Made by a program: the position numbers and the translations under genes. Below, piece by piece: positions 55,692-64,000 of a DNA stretch of 64,000 bases (the first letter of the stretch is position 1; the number at the start of each line of letters is the position of its first letter). The notes under the pieces were generated by a model that did no database searches, was not told where the DNA came from, and was given only the letters and a program-made list of their open reading frames with translations. The DNA lies in IMG/VR virus record IMGVR_UViG_3300026521_000471, positions 62,001 through 126,000 of that record, one strand, 5' to 3'.

Positions 55692-56287
55692 AAGAGTTAA
55701 TTAAAGCAACTAAAAAATTTGATAATTTCTTAAAAATGCAATTATATGTCATTTTTATAATCAGTATGAGTTGGTCTTTGATACTACCTTTAATAACTAA
55801 ATTACAAGGATTACTTTGGGCTACTAGTATTATTTCTATTTTTTTAATATTGACTAAATTAACAGCTTTTATAGCTCCAAGATTTAAAAATATTAAATTG
55901 CATTTAGCATATAGAAATCTAATTATATTAGATGGACTTTATCTTCTAAGTCTTTCAACATATTTTATAAGCCCGTTGTTATTCTTGTATGTTGAAGGTG
56001 TATTAATGTTAATCTATACAATTATAATGTCGGTTTTTGGTATTAGATATGATGCCTTTTTAATGAAAAAATACGATATTACTACTTTTGAAAACGTTCA
56101 ATATGCTGAACGTATTTCAATGGCAACAGCATCAATCATAGGTTATTCTATTGTTGTACTATTAGATCTGTTTACAAATAGTATTTCAACAGTTTTATAC
56201 GTTTTCATTATAATTTTATTAATCAATCTATTGATGCAGATTTACAATTATATATTTTATTGGAAAAGGTTGAATATTGGAAATTAA
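55688..56287 (+). CDS. Multi-TM membrane protein (MFS-like half)
   Basis: About six hydrophobic segments. Confidence 0.65.
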   Translation: MKELIKATKKFDNFLKMQLYVIFIISMSWSLILPLITKLQGLLWATSIISIFLILTKLTAFIAPRFKNIKLHLAYRNLIILDGLYLLSLSTYFISPLLFLYVEGVLMLIYTIIMSVFGIRYDAFLMKKYDITTFENVQYAERISMATASIIGYSIVVLLDLFTNSISTVLYVFIIILLINLLMQIYNYIFYWKRLNIGN

Positions 56288-56591
56288 AGTTGGTAATATA
56301 AAATACGTAGTTAATAAAGACAAATATATTATAGCTAAAGTATATGTTTCGGAAATACTTGATGATGCTATTGTAGTACAAAATATAATTGAAGAAGATC
56401 TATGCCCGGCATTACTAAGAATACCAAATACACATAAAAATATAATATTTGATACTTATCACAATGCTAAAATTATGTTTGGTGCTCTCATCTTTAAAGA
56501 GGGGAAAAATATAAATGCCAAAATTGATTATAAATCATTTGATTCATTTGTAAAATATACAGAAAGATTTAGCCCAGAGCTATTAATTTAG
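56277..56591 (+). CDS. Hypothetical protein, C-terminal tag SPELLI*
   Basis: ORF track. Confidence 0.6.
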   Translation: MEIKVGNIKYVVNKDKYIIAKVYVSEILDDAIVVQNIIEEDLCPALLRIPNTHKNIIFDTYHNAKIMFGALIFKEGKNINAKIDYKSFDSFVKYTERFSPELLI

Positions 56592-56600
56592 GAGATAACA

Positions 56601-57095
56601 ATGAATTGTATAGGATTATTTGGTACTTGCGGTAACAGTAAATGGAGAGATAGTTTCATTAAAGATTTTAAAGAACGAGATATTGAATGTTTTAACCCTT
56701 TAGTAGAAGATTGGAAACCAGAAGACGCTGTAATTGAAGCAGAACATTTAGCTAATGATAGCATTTTATTATTCCCAATAACAAAAGAAACGTACGGTGT
56801 AGGATCATTATCTGAAGTAGGTTTTGGAATATTAAACGCTATAAAAATAGATGATAGACGTGATTTCATAGTTATGATCGAAAGTGAATTAGATGATGAA
56901 TTAATGAAAGATAAAGAAAGAGCTAAAGAAAGTTTAAGAGCAAGAGCATTAGTTTTAGAACATCTTAAAAAACATAATTTTTCCAACGTGTATCTTGTTG
57001 ATACATTTGATGAAATGGCAAATGCTGCTAGAGTTCTATATCGAGCGAATTCTATTCGATCACAAATGGATAAATTTTCAATTAAAAATAAATAA
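56601..57095 (+). CDS. Nucleoside 2-deoxyribosyltransferase-like protein
   Basis: IGLFGTC...WR...FNP.V.DW...E...SLSEVG pattern. Confidence 0.7.
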   Translation: MNCIGLFGTCGNSKWRDSFIKDFKERDIECFNPLVEDWKPEDAVIEAEHLANDSILLFPITKETYGVGSLSEVGFGILNAIKIDDRRDFIVMIESELDDELMKDKERAKESLRARALVLEHLKKHNFSNVYLVDTFDEMANAARVLYRANSIRSQMDKFSIKNK

Positions 57096-57135
57096 TTGTA
57101 ATAAATAATTCTAGAATATAAACTAGGATTATTAA

Positions 57136-57513
57136 ATGACATTAACACAATTAAACGAATTTAACTTATTTGGTAATAAGAACAAAGAACTTAAATTTAA
57201 AAAACAAGGTGACTTTATTGAATTTGATTTGAGTGATAATAGATTCAAAAAAGATAGTATCAAATTTATTAAAATACGTAAACGAGATGGTTATCCAAAT
57301 TTAGTAGGGCAATACAGAGCATTTATTAGAGCTAGAGGTCATGTATTCAAAGTTATAGACCCAAATTTTGATAACTTAATTCGAGAAATTATAAGAACCC
57401 TAAAAGATTTAAGAATAATGGCTAAAAGTAGTAGAACAGAAACAGCACCAGCAGATATTCCATATATAGAAGTAAAAGACTTTAAAGGAATTAAAGCTTA
57501 CCTTGATAAATAA
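57136..57513 (+). CDS. Hypothetical protein
   Basis: ORF track. Confidence 0.65.
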   Translation: MTLTQLNEFNLFGNKNKELKFKKQGDFIEFDLSDNRFKKDSIKFIKIRKRDGYPNLVGQYRAFIRARGHVFKVIDPNFDNLIREIIRTLKDLRIMAKSSRTETAPADIPYIEVKDFKGIKAYLDK

Positions 57514-57660
57514 TGTTAATTTTAGATATTATGACATATACAATCTTATTTATACCCATAGTATATTTGATAATTACTAAGGGTACAGATCATTCATTTA
57601 TGGATAAGATTATAAACCTCCGACGTTAAAATTGTAAAATACCTTAAAAAGGTATAAATT

Positions 57661-58059
57661 TTGACAACAACAGATATTTTTTTAAACCCCTTAGAAGAAA
57701 AGTTTTATAAATCAGGATTTGAATATTATAAAGAAGTAGGACATATCGATAATGAGATTTTAGAACCTCTTTCAGAATTAAATTCTATTAATGGCTTAGC
57801 TTCATTATATTCATGCCAATCTCATCCAGAAAAAAACATTAATAGCAGTTATTTAATAATAAAATTTTCGGAAGAATTAACATACCCCATCACAAATGCT
57901 ATTTACGATATTAAAGAAAAATATAACTTGGAAATAGAATGGTATAACTCATGCTACTATAATTTTGAAACATCATATTTCATTGATAATGTTGTGATTA
58001 TTAGAGGTGGAACTGATTATAGATATTTTCAAGCTCTTTCTAATTTAATAATTGACTGA
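57661..58059 (+). CDS. Hypothetical protein (YSCQSH motif)
   Basis: ORF track; TTG start. Confidence 0.6.
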   Translation: MTTTDIFLNPLEEKFYKSGFEYYKEVGHIDNEILEPLSELNSINGLASLYSCQSHPEKNINSSYLIIKFSEELTYPITNAIYDIKEKYNLEIEWYNSCYYNFETSYFIDNVVIIRGGTDYRYFQALSNLIID

Positions 58060-58082
58060 TTTTTTTGTAAAATAAATTAAAA

Positions 58083-58343
58083 ATGAATAAAAGGATAGAA
58101 TTAATGGCTAAAGAAAATAATACTGAAGAGGTTATGAAAGTACAGATTTTTAATAATGTGTATGATTACAATCAATTATCAGACGACACAAAAAAAATGT
58201 TTATTTTACAGGATGATATAAGACGAGATTTAGCGTTTCATCACGCTAGAGCAGATGCAGCTCTAATGCATATTAGACAAAATTTAGAAGATTTAATTAA
58301 AAATGAAACCCCAATCGGTACAGTTGATAAAGGAGAAAAATAA
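58083..58343 (+). CDS. Hypothetical protein
   Basis: ORF track. Confidence 0.6.
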   Translation: MNKRIELMAKENNTEEVMKVQIFNNVYDYNQLSDDTKKMFILQDDIRRDLAFHHARADAALMHIRQNLEDLIKNETPIGTVDKGEK

Positions 58344-58669
58344 TGAGTAAAGTAAGAAAAGTTTATAAACTAATAGATAAATCGGTTATTTTAGGAACAG
58401 AATTAGAATCATCTGAATCTACAATAACTGTTGGTACACCAGTAAGTTTAACACAAGTCGTTAATCCACAAACAGGAGAACCGGAGATCGCATTTTTACC
58501 AATGGATTTAATATTCGCTGATGTTCAAGATTCAAAAAATCATGTAACATTAAAACAATCTCATATTATGTGGGAAAAAGATATGGCTGATTTTCCAGCT
58601 TATGATGCAAACTATGTACAAACAACAACTGGTATTGAGCCTGTTACATCTGGTATAATTAAGGGGTAA
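58343..58669 (+). CDS. Hypothetical protein, possible Sm-like fold
   Basis: Beta-rich pattern resembling Sm-like proteins of T4-like phages (recall only). Confidence 0.5.
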   Translation: MSKVRKVYKLIDKSVILGTELESSESTITVGTPVSLTQVVNPQTGEPEIAFLPMDLIFADVQDSKNHVTLKQSHIMWEKDMADFPAYDANYVQTTTGIEPVTSGIIKG

Positions 58670-58672
58670 GTT

Positions 58673-58891
58673 ATGGTATTAACATTAGACGAAGCAAAAG
58701 CACATATTCAATATTATAAAGTTGCACATCCAAATCATTTTAAAGATATTGGTGGTGAAAATATAACTGATGAAAAAATTGAAGAAGCTCTTAGAATTAC
58801 TGAGGTTATTGCCGGTGGACTACCACAATCTGAAGATGAGATTTTTATAAATGAGTTAAAAAGAATTTGTAATGACACTCAACGAAGCTAA
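58673..58891 (+). CDS. Hypothetical protein (paralog of the next gene)
   Basis: TLDEAK..Y..P..F / TLNEAK..Y..P..IF similarity. Confidence 0.6.
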   Translation: MVLTLDEAKAHIQYYKVAHPNHFKDIGGENITDEKIEEALRITEVIAGGLPQSEDEIFINELKRICNDTQRS

Positions 58892-59126
58892 GCAATTTTA
58901 TAGTAAATTTAAATCAAATTATCCTGAGAAAATATTTTCATTATCTGCAAATATTGAATTATCAGATGATAAATTGGATACAGCTATTTTTTTAGCTGAA
59001 CAATTTTGGTTAAGTGAAAATATATCAGAAGAATCGGCATTTGAAAAAGCATTAAATTTCTTAATTAAAGAATCAAGGAACGATACAAATGAAGAAACTA
59101 AAAGAGATCGAATTCAAAACAACTAA
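58872..59126 (+). CDS. Hypothetical protein
   Basis: ORF track. Confidence 0.6.
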   Translation: MTLNEAKQFYSKFKSNYPEKIFSLSANIELSDDKLDTAIFLAEQFWLSENISEESAFEKALNFLIKESRNDTNEETKRDRIQNN

Positions 59127-59206
59127 TGTAGAATCTTTTATTGAAGAATGTAGGACTTTAAAAATAAACTATGTAGGCATTATGAATTATTTAAGGACAG
59201 AGCATA

Positions 59207-59722
59207 ATGGATAAATTAACAGAACAATATCGACAAACAGATTCTCATTTTTATTTTTGGAATACTATATATTCGCAATGGTACACATCAAAAAATCAAA
59301 TCAATGATAATGGTGTAAGCTATCCAAATGCTGAGAAATATATGATGGTTGCAAAAGCTAAACATTTCGATGATGATAAAATATTAGAAAAAATGTTAAA
59401 AACTGATAACCCAAAGGAAGTTAAAGCACTTGGTAGAAGGGTTAAAAATTTTAACGATGAAAGTTGGGATAAAGTTAAGGAAGATATTGTTACCAAAGCA
59501 AATTACCTTAAATTTAAACAAAACTCAGATTTATTAAAGATACTCATGGAACATAAAGATTTAATTCTTGTAGAGGCTTCACCAGTTGATAAAATTTGGG
59601 GTATTGGTTTACATTTTTCCGATAATAAAGTACTGGATGAATCAAAATGGCGTGGAAAAAATCTACTAGGAAAATGTATAATGAAAGCTAGAGATTTAAT
59701 ATTAAAAGAAGAGGAAAAATAA
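59207..59722 (+). CDS. NADAR-family protein (YbiA-like)
   Basis: SQWY, AEKYMM..KA, LGR.V.NF, W, KF.QN, LVEASP.D.IWGIG, G.NLLG. Confidence 0.9.
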   Translation: MDKLTEQYRQTDSHFYFWNTIYSQWYTSKNQINDNGVSYPNAEKYMMVAKAKHFDDDKILEKMLKTDNPKEVKALGRRVKNFNDESWDKVKEDIVTKANYLKFKQNSDLLKILMEHKDLILVEASPVDKIWGIGLHFSDNKVLDESKWRGKNLLGKCIMKARDLILKEEEK

Positions 59723-59725
59723 AAT

Positions 59726-61351
59726 ATGAGTAAAAAGAAAATTAAAGATTTAATTATTGGCACGGAAGCTAGAGATGCATTAGCACAAGGAGTAGAATCA
59801 GTTGTTAATGCAGTTGGTACTACACTTGGACCAAAAGGTCAAAATGTATTAATTGATAGTGGACATCCTATGGCACCTTCAACAATCACAAAGGACGGTG
59901 TAACAGTTATTAGAAATCTTCAGTTATCAGATTATACAGAAAATTTAGCAGTAAAAATTCTAAGACAAGCATCAGAAAAAACTGTTGATGAGTGCGGTGA
60001 CGGTACAACTACTACTGCTATTTTGGGTGGAGCAATTTATACAGAAGGCCTTAAGCATTTAGCAAGTGGAGCTAATCCCGTTATGATTAAAAGAGGTATT
60101 GATAAAGTAGTTAGTAAACTAATTGAATCTCTTGATAATATTAAAGTTGATGTGACTACTGATGATCAAATTAGAAATGTCGCGACAATTTCTGCTAATG
60201 GTGATGAAGAAATTGGTAGTCTAATTGTTCAAGCTATGGATAAAGTTGGGAAAGATGGAGTTATTACTGTTGAAAATGGTAAATCTATGAATGATGAATT
60301 AGAAACAACTGATGGAATGAAAATTGATAGAGGATTTGCTAGTGCATACTTTGTTACTAATCCTGAAAAAAATATCGCTGAATTACAAAATCCATTAATT
60401 CTTGTTACTGATTATGAATTCCAAACAGCAAATGATGTTGTTCCACTTTTAGAAGCAGCACATAGTAAATCAAGACCATTATTAATTATCTCTGAAGGTG
60501 GAAGTGCAGAAGCATTACAAACTCTAATCGTTAATAAATTGAAAGGTGTTATTTCTGTTTGTGCTATTGATGCACCTGGTTTTGGTGCTAGAAAAAAAGA
60601 ATATCTAAAAGATATTGCTGCAATGGTAGGAGCTGAGTTCGTATCTGCTGATTTAGATATTTCTATTGAACAAATTACAGCCGATATGATGGGTTCATGT
60701 GAAAAAGCGATTATATCAAAATTTGATACAACATTAGTAAATAGTCAACCTAGAGGAACATCAAAAGATGATAGATTAGCGGAGTTACAAGGTCAAATCA
60801 AAGTTGCTGATAATCAATATGATATTGAATTTTATAAAGAACGTATTGCTAAAATGACTGGCGGTGTAGCTGTTATTCGAGTTGGTGGTGCTTCAGAAAC
60901 AGAAGTTGAAGAGAAAAAAGATAGGGTCGATGATGCTCTTGGTGCTACTCATGCAGCAGTTGAAAGTGGTATTGTAATTGGCGGTGGATGTGCATTATTA
61001 CATGCTGCCGAAAGTGTAAATGTTAAAGATTTAAATATTGCTAATTCTGATGAAGCTGCGGGTGTACAAATTATATTAGAAGCTATCAAACAACCACTTA
61101 AATTAATTGTTGAAAATGGTGGAGGAAGTGGAGATTTTGTATCTGAAACTGTTATTAGAAATACTGATATAGAAGGGTATGGATTTAATGCAGCGACTGA
61201 AGAGTATGGCGACCTTTTTGAAATGGGTATTATTGACCCAGTAAAAGTAACAAAATCAGCTCTTAAAAATGCTGCATCAGTTGCTACATTACTACTAACA
61301 TCAAAAACTATCTTAATGAAACAAAATCAAGCAACAGCTGTTCATGGCTAA
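59726..61351 (+). CDS. groEL: Chaperonin GroEL
   Basis: TLGPKG, ITKDGVTV, GDGTTT, APGFG, GGG, GIIDP. Confidence 0.97.
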   Translation: MSKKKIKDLIIGTEARDALAQGVESVVNAVGTTLGPKGQNVLIDSGHPMAPSTITKDGVTVIRNLQLSDYTENLAVKILRQASEKTVDECGDGTTTTAILGGAIYTEGLKHLASGANPVMIKRGIDKVVSKLIESLDNIKVDVTTDDQIRNVATISANGDEEIGSLIVQAMDKVGKDGVITVENGKSMNDELETTDGMKIDRGFASAYFVTNPEKNIAELQNPLILVTDYEFQTANDVVPLLEAAHSKSRPLLIISEGGSAEALQTLIVNKLKGVISVCAIDAPGFGARKKEYLKDIAAMVGAEFVSADLDISIEQITADMMGSCEKAIISKFDTTLVNSQPRGTSKDDRLAELQGQIKVADNQYDIEFYKERIAKMTGGVAVIRVGGASETEVEEKKDRVDDALGATHAAVESGIVIGGGCALLHAAESVNVKDLNIANSDEAAGVQIILEAIKQPLKLIVENGGGSGDFVSETVIRNTDIEGYGFNAATEEYGDLFEMGIIDPVKVTKSALKNAASVATLLLTSKTILMKQNQATAVHG

Positions 61352-61378
61352 TAATTAATTTTTATTTAATAATCCTTT

Positions 61379-61834
61379 TTGTATAATAATATAAAAGGAT
61401 TATTAATGACTATAATTGAAATGCTTGAAACTCCAGAAAAATATATTCCACACGGCGATTATTGCTATTATAACAACACCAACTGTCCATTTTGGGAATT
61501 AAAAAGTGGTGAATATCCTCCACAAGAAGATGGATATTGTCATTACTTACACGAATCTGATTGGGATTATAATGAACGGTCTAAAGCTGAAATTGTTTAT
61601 GCTAAAAATCCAGATCTAATAGGTACAAATGTAAATGACTACTTTGATGATGATATTGACCCAATATCAGGAAAGAAAACACATTTCCCAGTAAGTTTAT
61701 TATTCGATCAAGTAAAAAGTTGTAATGTAAATATGGATGGTTATGACGATACTATTATTATTCAATATGATTCTGATACAGGTGAAAAAAATGAAATTTC
61801 CATAGGAGATTTAAAAAAGACTAACAATGCTTAA
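61379..61834 (+). CDS. Hypothetical Cys-containing protein
   Basis: IPHGDYCY..CPFW..YC..VKSC pattern; true start may be 61406. Confidence 0.65.
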   Translation: MYNNIKGLLMTIIEMLETPEKYIPHGDYCYYNNTNCPFWELKSGEYPPQEDGYCHYLHESDWDYNERSKAEIVYAKNPDLIGTNVNDYFDDDIDPISGKKTHFPVSLLFDQVKSCNVNMDGYDDTIIIQYDSDTGEKNEISIGDLKKTNNA

Positions 61835-62228
61835 AATAGAAACTTCAACAAATAAATCGTCTAAATCTATGTTTATAAAAGGGATTATCCACTTTACGGA
61901 TAATGAATTAAATTTTGAAGTTCTACAAGAAGAATTCTTTTTTAATTTCTTGGAAAAGAATGGGGAATTCTTATCCCAATCCGATTTTGATATTCGCCTT
62001 GAATACGATTTAAAAGAGTTTGAGTGGGATATTAATCCTAAAGAAGATGAAGTGTACGGAGTGCTATGGGAATTTAAATTACACTCTAACAAATCTTGGA
62101 CGGATTGTGGTTATGAATATGATAGTGAGATAGAAACTATTAATTTAACTTTTGATCTTTTTGACTTAGAAGCTACTAATAGGGTTTTAAATGATGAAAG
62201 ATATTTTAGCTTTGAAGGAGATAATTGA
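61827..62228 (+). CDS. Hypothetical acidic protein
   Basis: ORF track. Confidence 0.6.
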   Translation: MLKIETSTNKSSKSMFIKGIIHFTDNELNFEVLQEEFFFNFLEKNGEFLSQSDFDIRLEYDLKEFEWDINPKEDEVYGVLWEFKLHSNKSWTDCGYEYDSEIETINLTFDLFDLEATNRVLNDERYFSFEGDN

Positions 62229-62668
62229 TGATATGCCCAATTTGTAATAAAGGTAAGGCATTACCAAATGAAAAACAACCTCAGCCTGGAACACATGCTT
62301 ATACCATAGTTTATGATTGTGGTACAAAGATTGATTATGCTTATGGGTATGATGATTATGAAGAAGTTACAGTTAAATGTACCGATAAAAAAACCAATTC
62401 AAATGAAAAACCAAAACCACAAGAAAAAAATAATAAATTATCTTCAATAATATTTGAACACAAAGGTTTATTTCCGGAATCGGATATACATTTAGTTCAT
62501 AAAGTTTTAGGATTTATGGTTGAAGCTATTGAAGATGCCCCTAAAAATAAAAGAGATATTCAATCTTTAAATGGTTCGGAGTTAATGAAAGAAGTTATGA
62601 AAAAAGGTAAAGGATCACTCAATCCAAACACAGTTGAAAAAATTATTAAATTTATTAAGGAGATATAA
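62225..62668 (+). CDS. Zinc-ribbon protein with a GatB/YqeY-like C-terminal tail
   Basis: CPIC..C..C N-terminus; LMKEVMKKGKGSLNP resembles the GatB VMKxxKGKANP tail. Confidence 0.5.
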   Translation: MMICPICNKGKALPNEKQPQPGTHAYTIVYDCGTKIDYAYGYDDYEEVTVKCTDKKTNSNEKPKPQEKNNKLSSIIFEHKGLFPESDIHLVHKVLGFMVEAIEDAPKNKRDIQSLNGSELMKEVMKKGKGSLNPNTVEKIIKFIKEI

Positions 62669-62670
62669 TA

Positions 62671-63192
62671 ATGAAATTAAAAGACTTAATCAATGAAGAA
62701 AAAGAAACTAAAGGGACTTATGCAGGTGTATTACTTAGTCAAGACGATGAAGATAAAATCATCTCAATAGTGAAAGAAATGGGAATACCTAATCCTATTC
62801 CTCGAAAAGATATTCATATTACACTTTTGTATAGTAGAAAGGTACTACCAGATTATAAACCAAATGAAAATTTAGATATTTGGGCATATCCGACTGAATT
62901 TCATATTTTTAATGGTGGTAATGGTAAAGATATTCTTGTATTAAAGATTGACTCTCCTGATTTAGTTAAAAGACATAAAGAGTTGATGAAAGAACATGAA
63001 GCTACTTATGATTTCCCAGAATATATCCCACATATCACATTAAGTTATGATTTAGAAGATTATTTAAATACAGAAGATGATAGACTTAAAGCCATTAATG
63101 AAAAATTTAAAAGTTTATTACCTAAAGAGTTTCATTTAGTTAGAGAATACGTAGAAGATTTAAATTTAGATTGGGAGAATAGTAATGACTGA
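62671..63192 (+). CDS. 2H phosphoesterase, T4 gp57B/Acb1 (anti-CBASS)-like
   Basis: Two HxT motifs (HITLLYS, PHITLSY) in about 170 aa with the T4 57B-like layout. Confidence 0.75.
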   Translation: MKLKDLINEEKETKGTYAGVLLSQDDEDKIISIVKEMGIPNPIPRKDIHITLLYSRKVLPDYKPNENLDIWAYPTEFHIFNGGNGKDILVLKIDSPDLVKRHKELMKEHEATYDFPEYIPHITLSYDLEDYLNTEDDRLKAINEKFKSLLPKEFHLVREYVEDLNLDWENSND

Positions 63193-64000
63193 AAATCTGT
63201 TAAATTATATTAAAGAGTTATCACTTAATGATAAAAAAACTTTAATTCAAAAAGTCACTAAGCTATTTGAAGAAGGTGGTGAACTTTCTAAAGTAGTTTT
63301 ACCATTTGAAGGAGCTTATGCTACAAATCATAGAGTAGTAAACAAACAAAAGATTCTTGAAGAATGTGCTGATGTTTTTCTAGTAAACCAAAGTATAATG
63401 TATAGTGCCGGGTTTACTGATGAAGAATTCAATGATATGGTTTTAAAGAAAGCTCAAGTATGGAATGGATTACAAGTTAAAGAAGATAGAGCATTAGCAA
63501 AAAGTGATTTGATGCCTTATGAAATTCATATTACAGTTAATGCTGAAAATGGCATTGATATAGAACAATATAAAAAAGATTGTAAATTTATCGGTGTTAA
63601 ACCTATTGTACTTGATTTACAAGATAAATCCGGTGAACCTGTTATGGATGATGTAATGACTTCATCTAAAATTGTTGGTAATAATGGTGAAGCATTTGAA
63701 GAAATGAAAAGAATTTCTAATCATCTAACTTCACTAGGTTATAATGTAATTAGAGAAAAGATTGAAGCCAGTTATTGGCATACTAAAGCACCTTTTAAAA
63801 TTGATGGCGATACAAAAATGCCAGAGGGATGCTATTTTGAATGCCACCTAAACGTTTCTTGTACAGATGAAAAATTACCTCTACTATCAACTATAGCAAA
63901 AAATACAAATTGTCATCTTTCAAAAAATAAATTTAAAGTATTTGATGATGGAAGCTTTACAATTATGATGACTTATCGAAGCTATGACCAAATGTTTGAA
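63185..64000 (+). CDS. MazG-like pyrophosphohydrolase fusion protein, 3'-truncated by the window edge
   Basis: Not in ORF track (no stop in the window); KLFEEGGEL...EECADV motifs, then a second domain (YEIHITV). Confidence 0.7.
   Translation, partial: MTENLLNYIKELSLNDKKTLIQKVTKLFEEGGELSKVVLPFEGAYATNHRVVNKQKILEECADVFLVNQSIMYSAGFTDEEFNDMVLKKAQVWNGLQVKEDRALAKSDLMPYEIHITVNAENGIDIEQYKKDCKFIGVKPIVLDLQDKSGEPVMDDVMTSSKIVGNNGEAFEEMKRISNHLTSLGYNVIREKIEASYWHTKAPFKIDGDTKMPEGCYFECHLNVSCTDEKLPLLSTIAKNTNCHLSKNKFKVFDDGSFTIMMTYRSYDQMFE

Noticed and set aside
59726-61351. GroEL without an adjacent GroES as a novelty
   Set aside because: Stand-alone chaperonins are established in jumbo phages, and a co-chaperonin may lie outside the window.
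2008-62092. Many short minus-strand ORFs (for example 2008, 2323, 4333, 14075, 17351, 33002, 52707, 54511, 56588, 59503, 61811)
   Set aside because: They lie antisense inside well-supported + strand genes and show the Ile/Leu/Ser/Phe-rich composition expected of shadow frames.

Overview
64 kb segment of a very AT-rich, T4-like jumbo myophage genome, almost entirely coded on the + strand. It carries T4-type late promoters (TATAAATA), a PAAR protein, an endolysin and GroEL. The host is probably in Campylobacterota (Arcobacter/Sulfurimonas-like), inferred from TTAAG-N11-TATAAT promoters and host-type QueD, AspRS and MCP genes. Layout: (1) 1-5.7 kb small hypotheticals, a P-loop kinase, a PolB-like fragment and a nucleotidyltransferase. 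(2) 5.7-21.8 kb an RNA-rich island with 21 intact tRNA genes, a GOLLD-like giant RNA with an embedded tRNA, a circularly permuted tRNA-Leu(UAA)-like gene, a tRNA minihelix, many inverted-repeat-closed structured RNAs and a chemoreceptor gene. (3) 21.8-35 kb lysis, ligase-like, nuclease, queD and aspS genes. (4) 35.8-51.4 kb a 7-deazaguanine/hypermodification island with four TGT-fold paralogs, QueE, a QueD-like protein, two glycosyltransferases, a radical SAM enzyme, an SDR and an FAD oxidoreductase. (5) 51.4-64 kb NAPRT, diguanylate cyclase, NADAR, GroEL, an Acb1-like 2H phosphoesterase and a MazG-like gene. The best candidate for an undescribed system is three unannotated leader peptides (8152, 18734, 20172). 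Each ends in a shared TAAGAGATAA stop box followed by mutually exclusive 1:2 / 2:3 hairpins, and the codon content of each matches the anticodons of the tRNA genes downstream. This looks like ribosome-mediated attenuators that switch on phage tRNA arrays when those same tRNAs run short. All calls come from reading the sequence; no database searches or folding programs were run.
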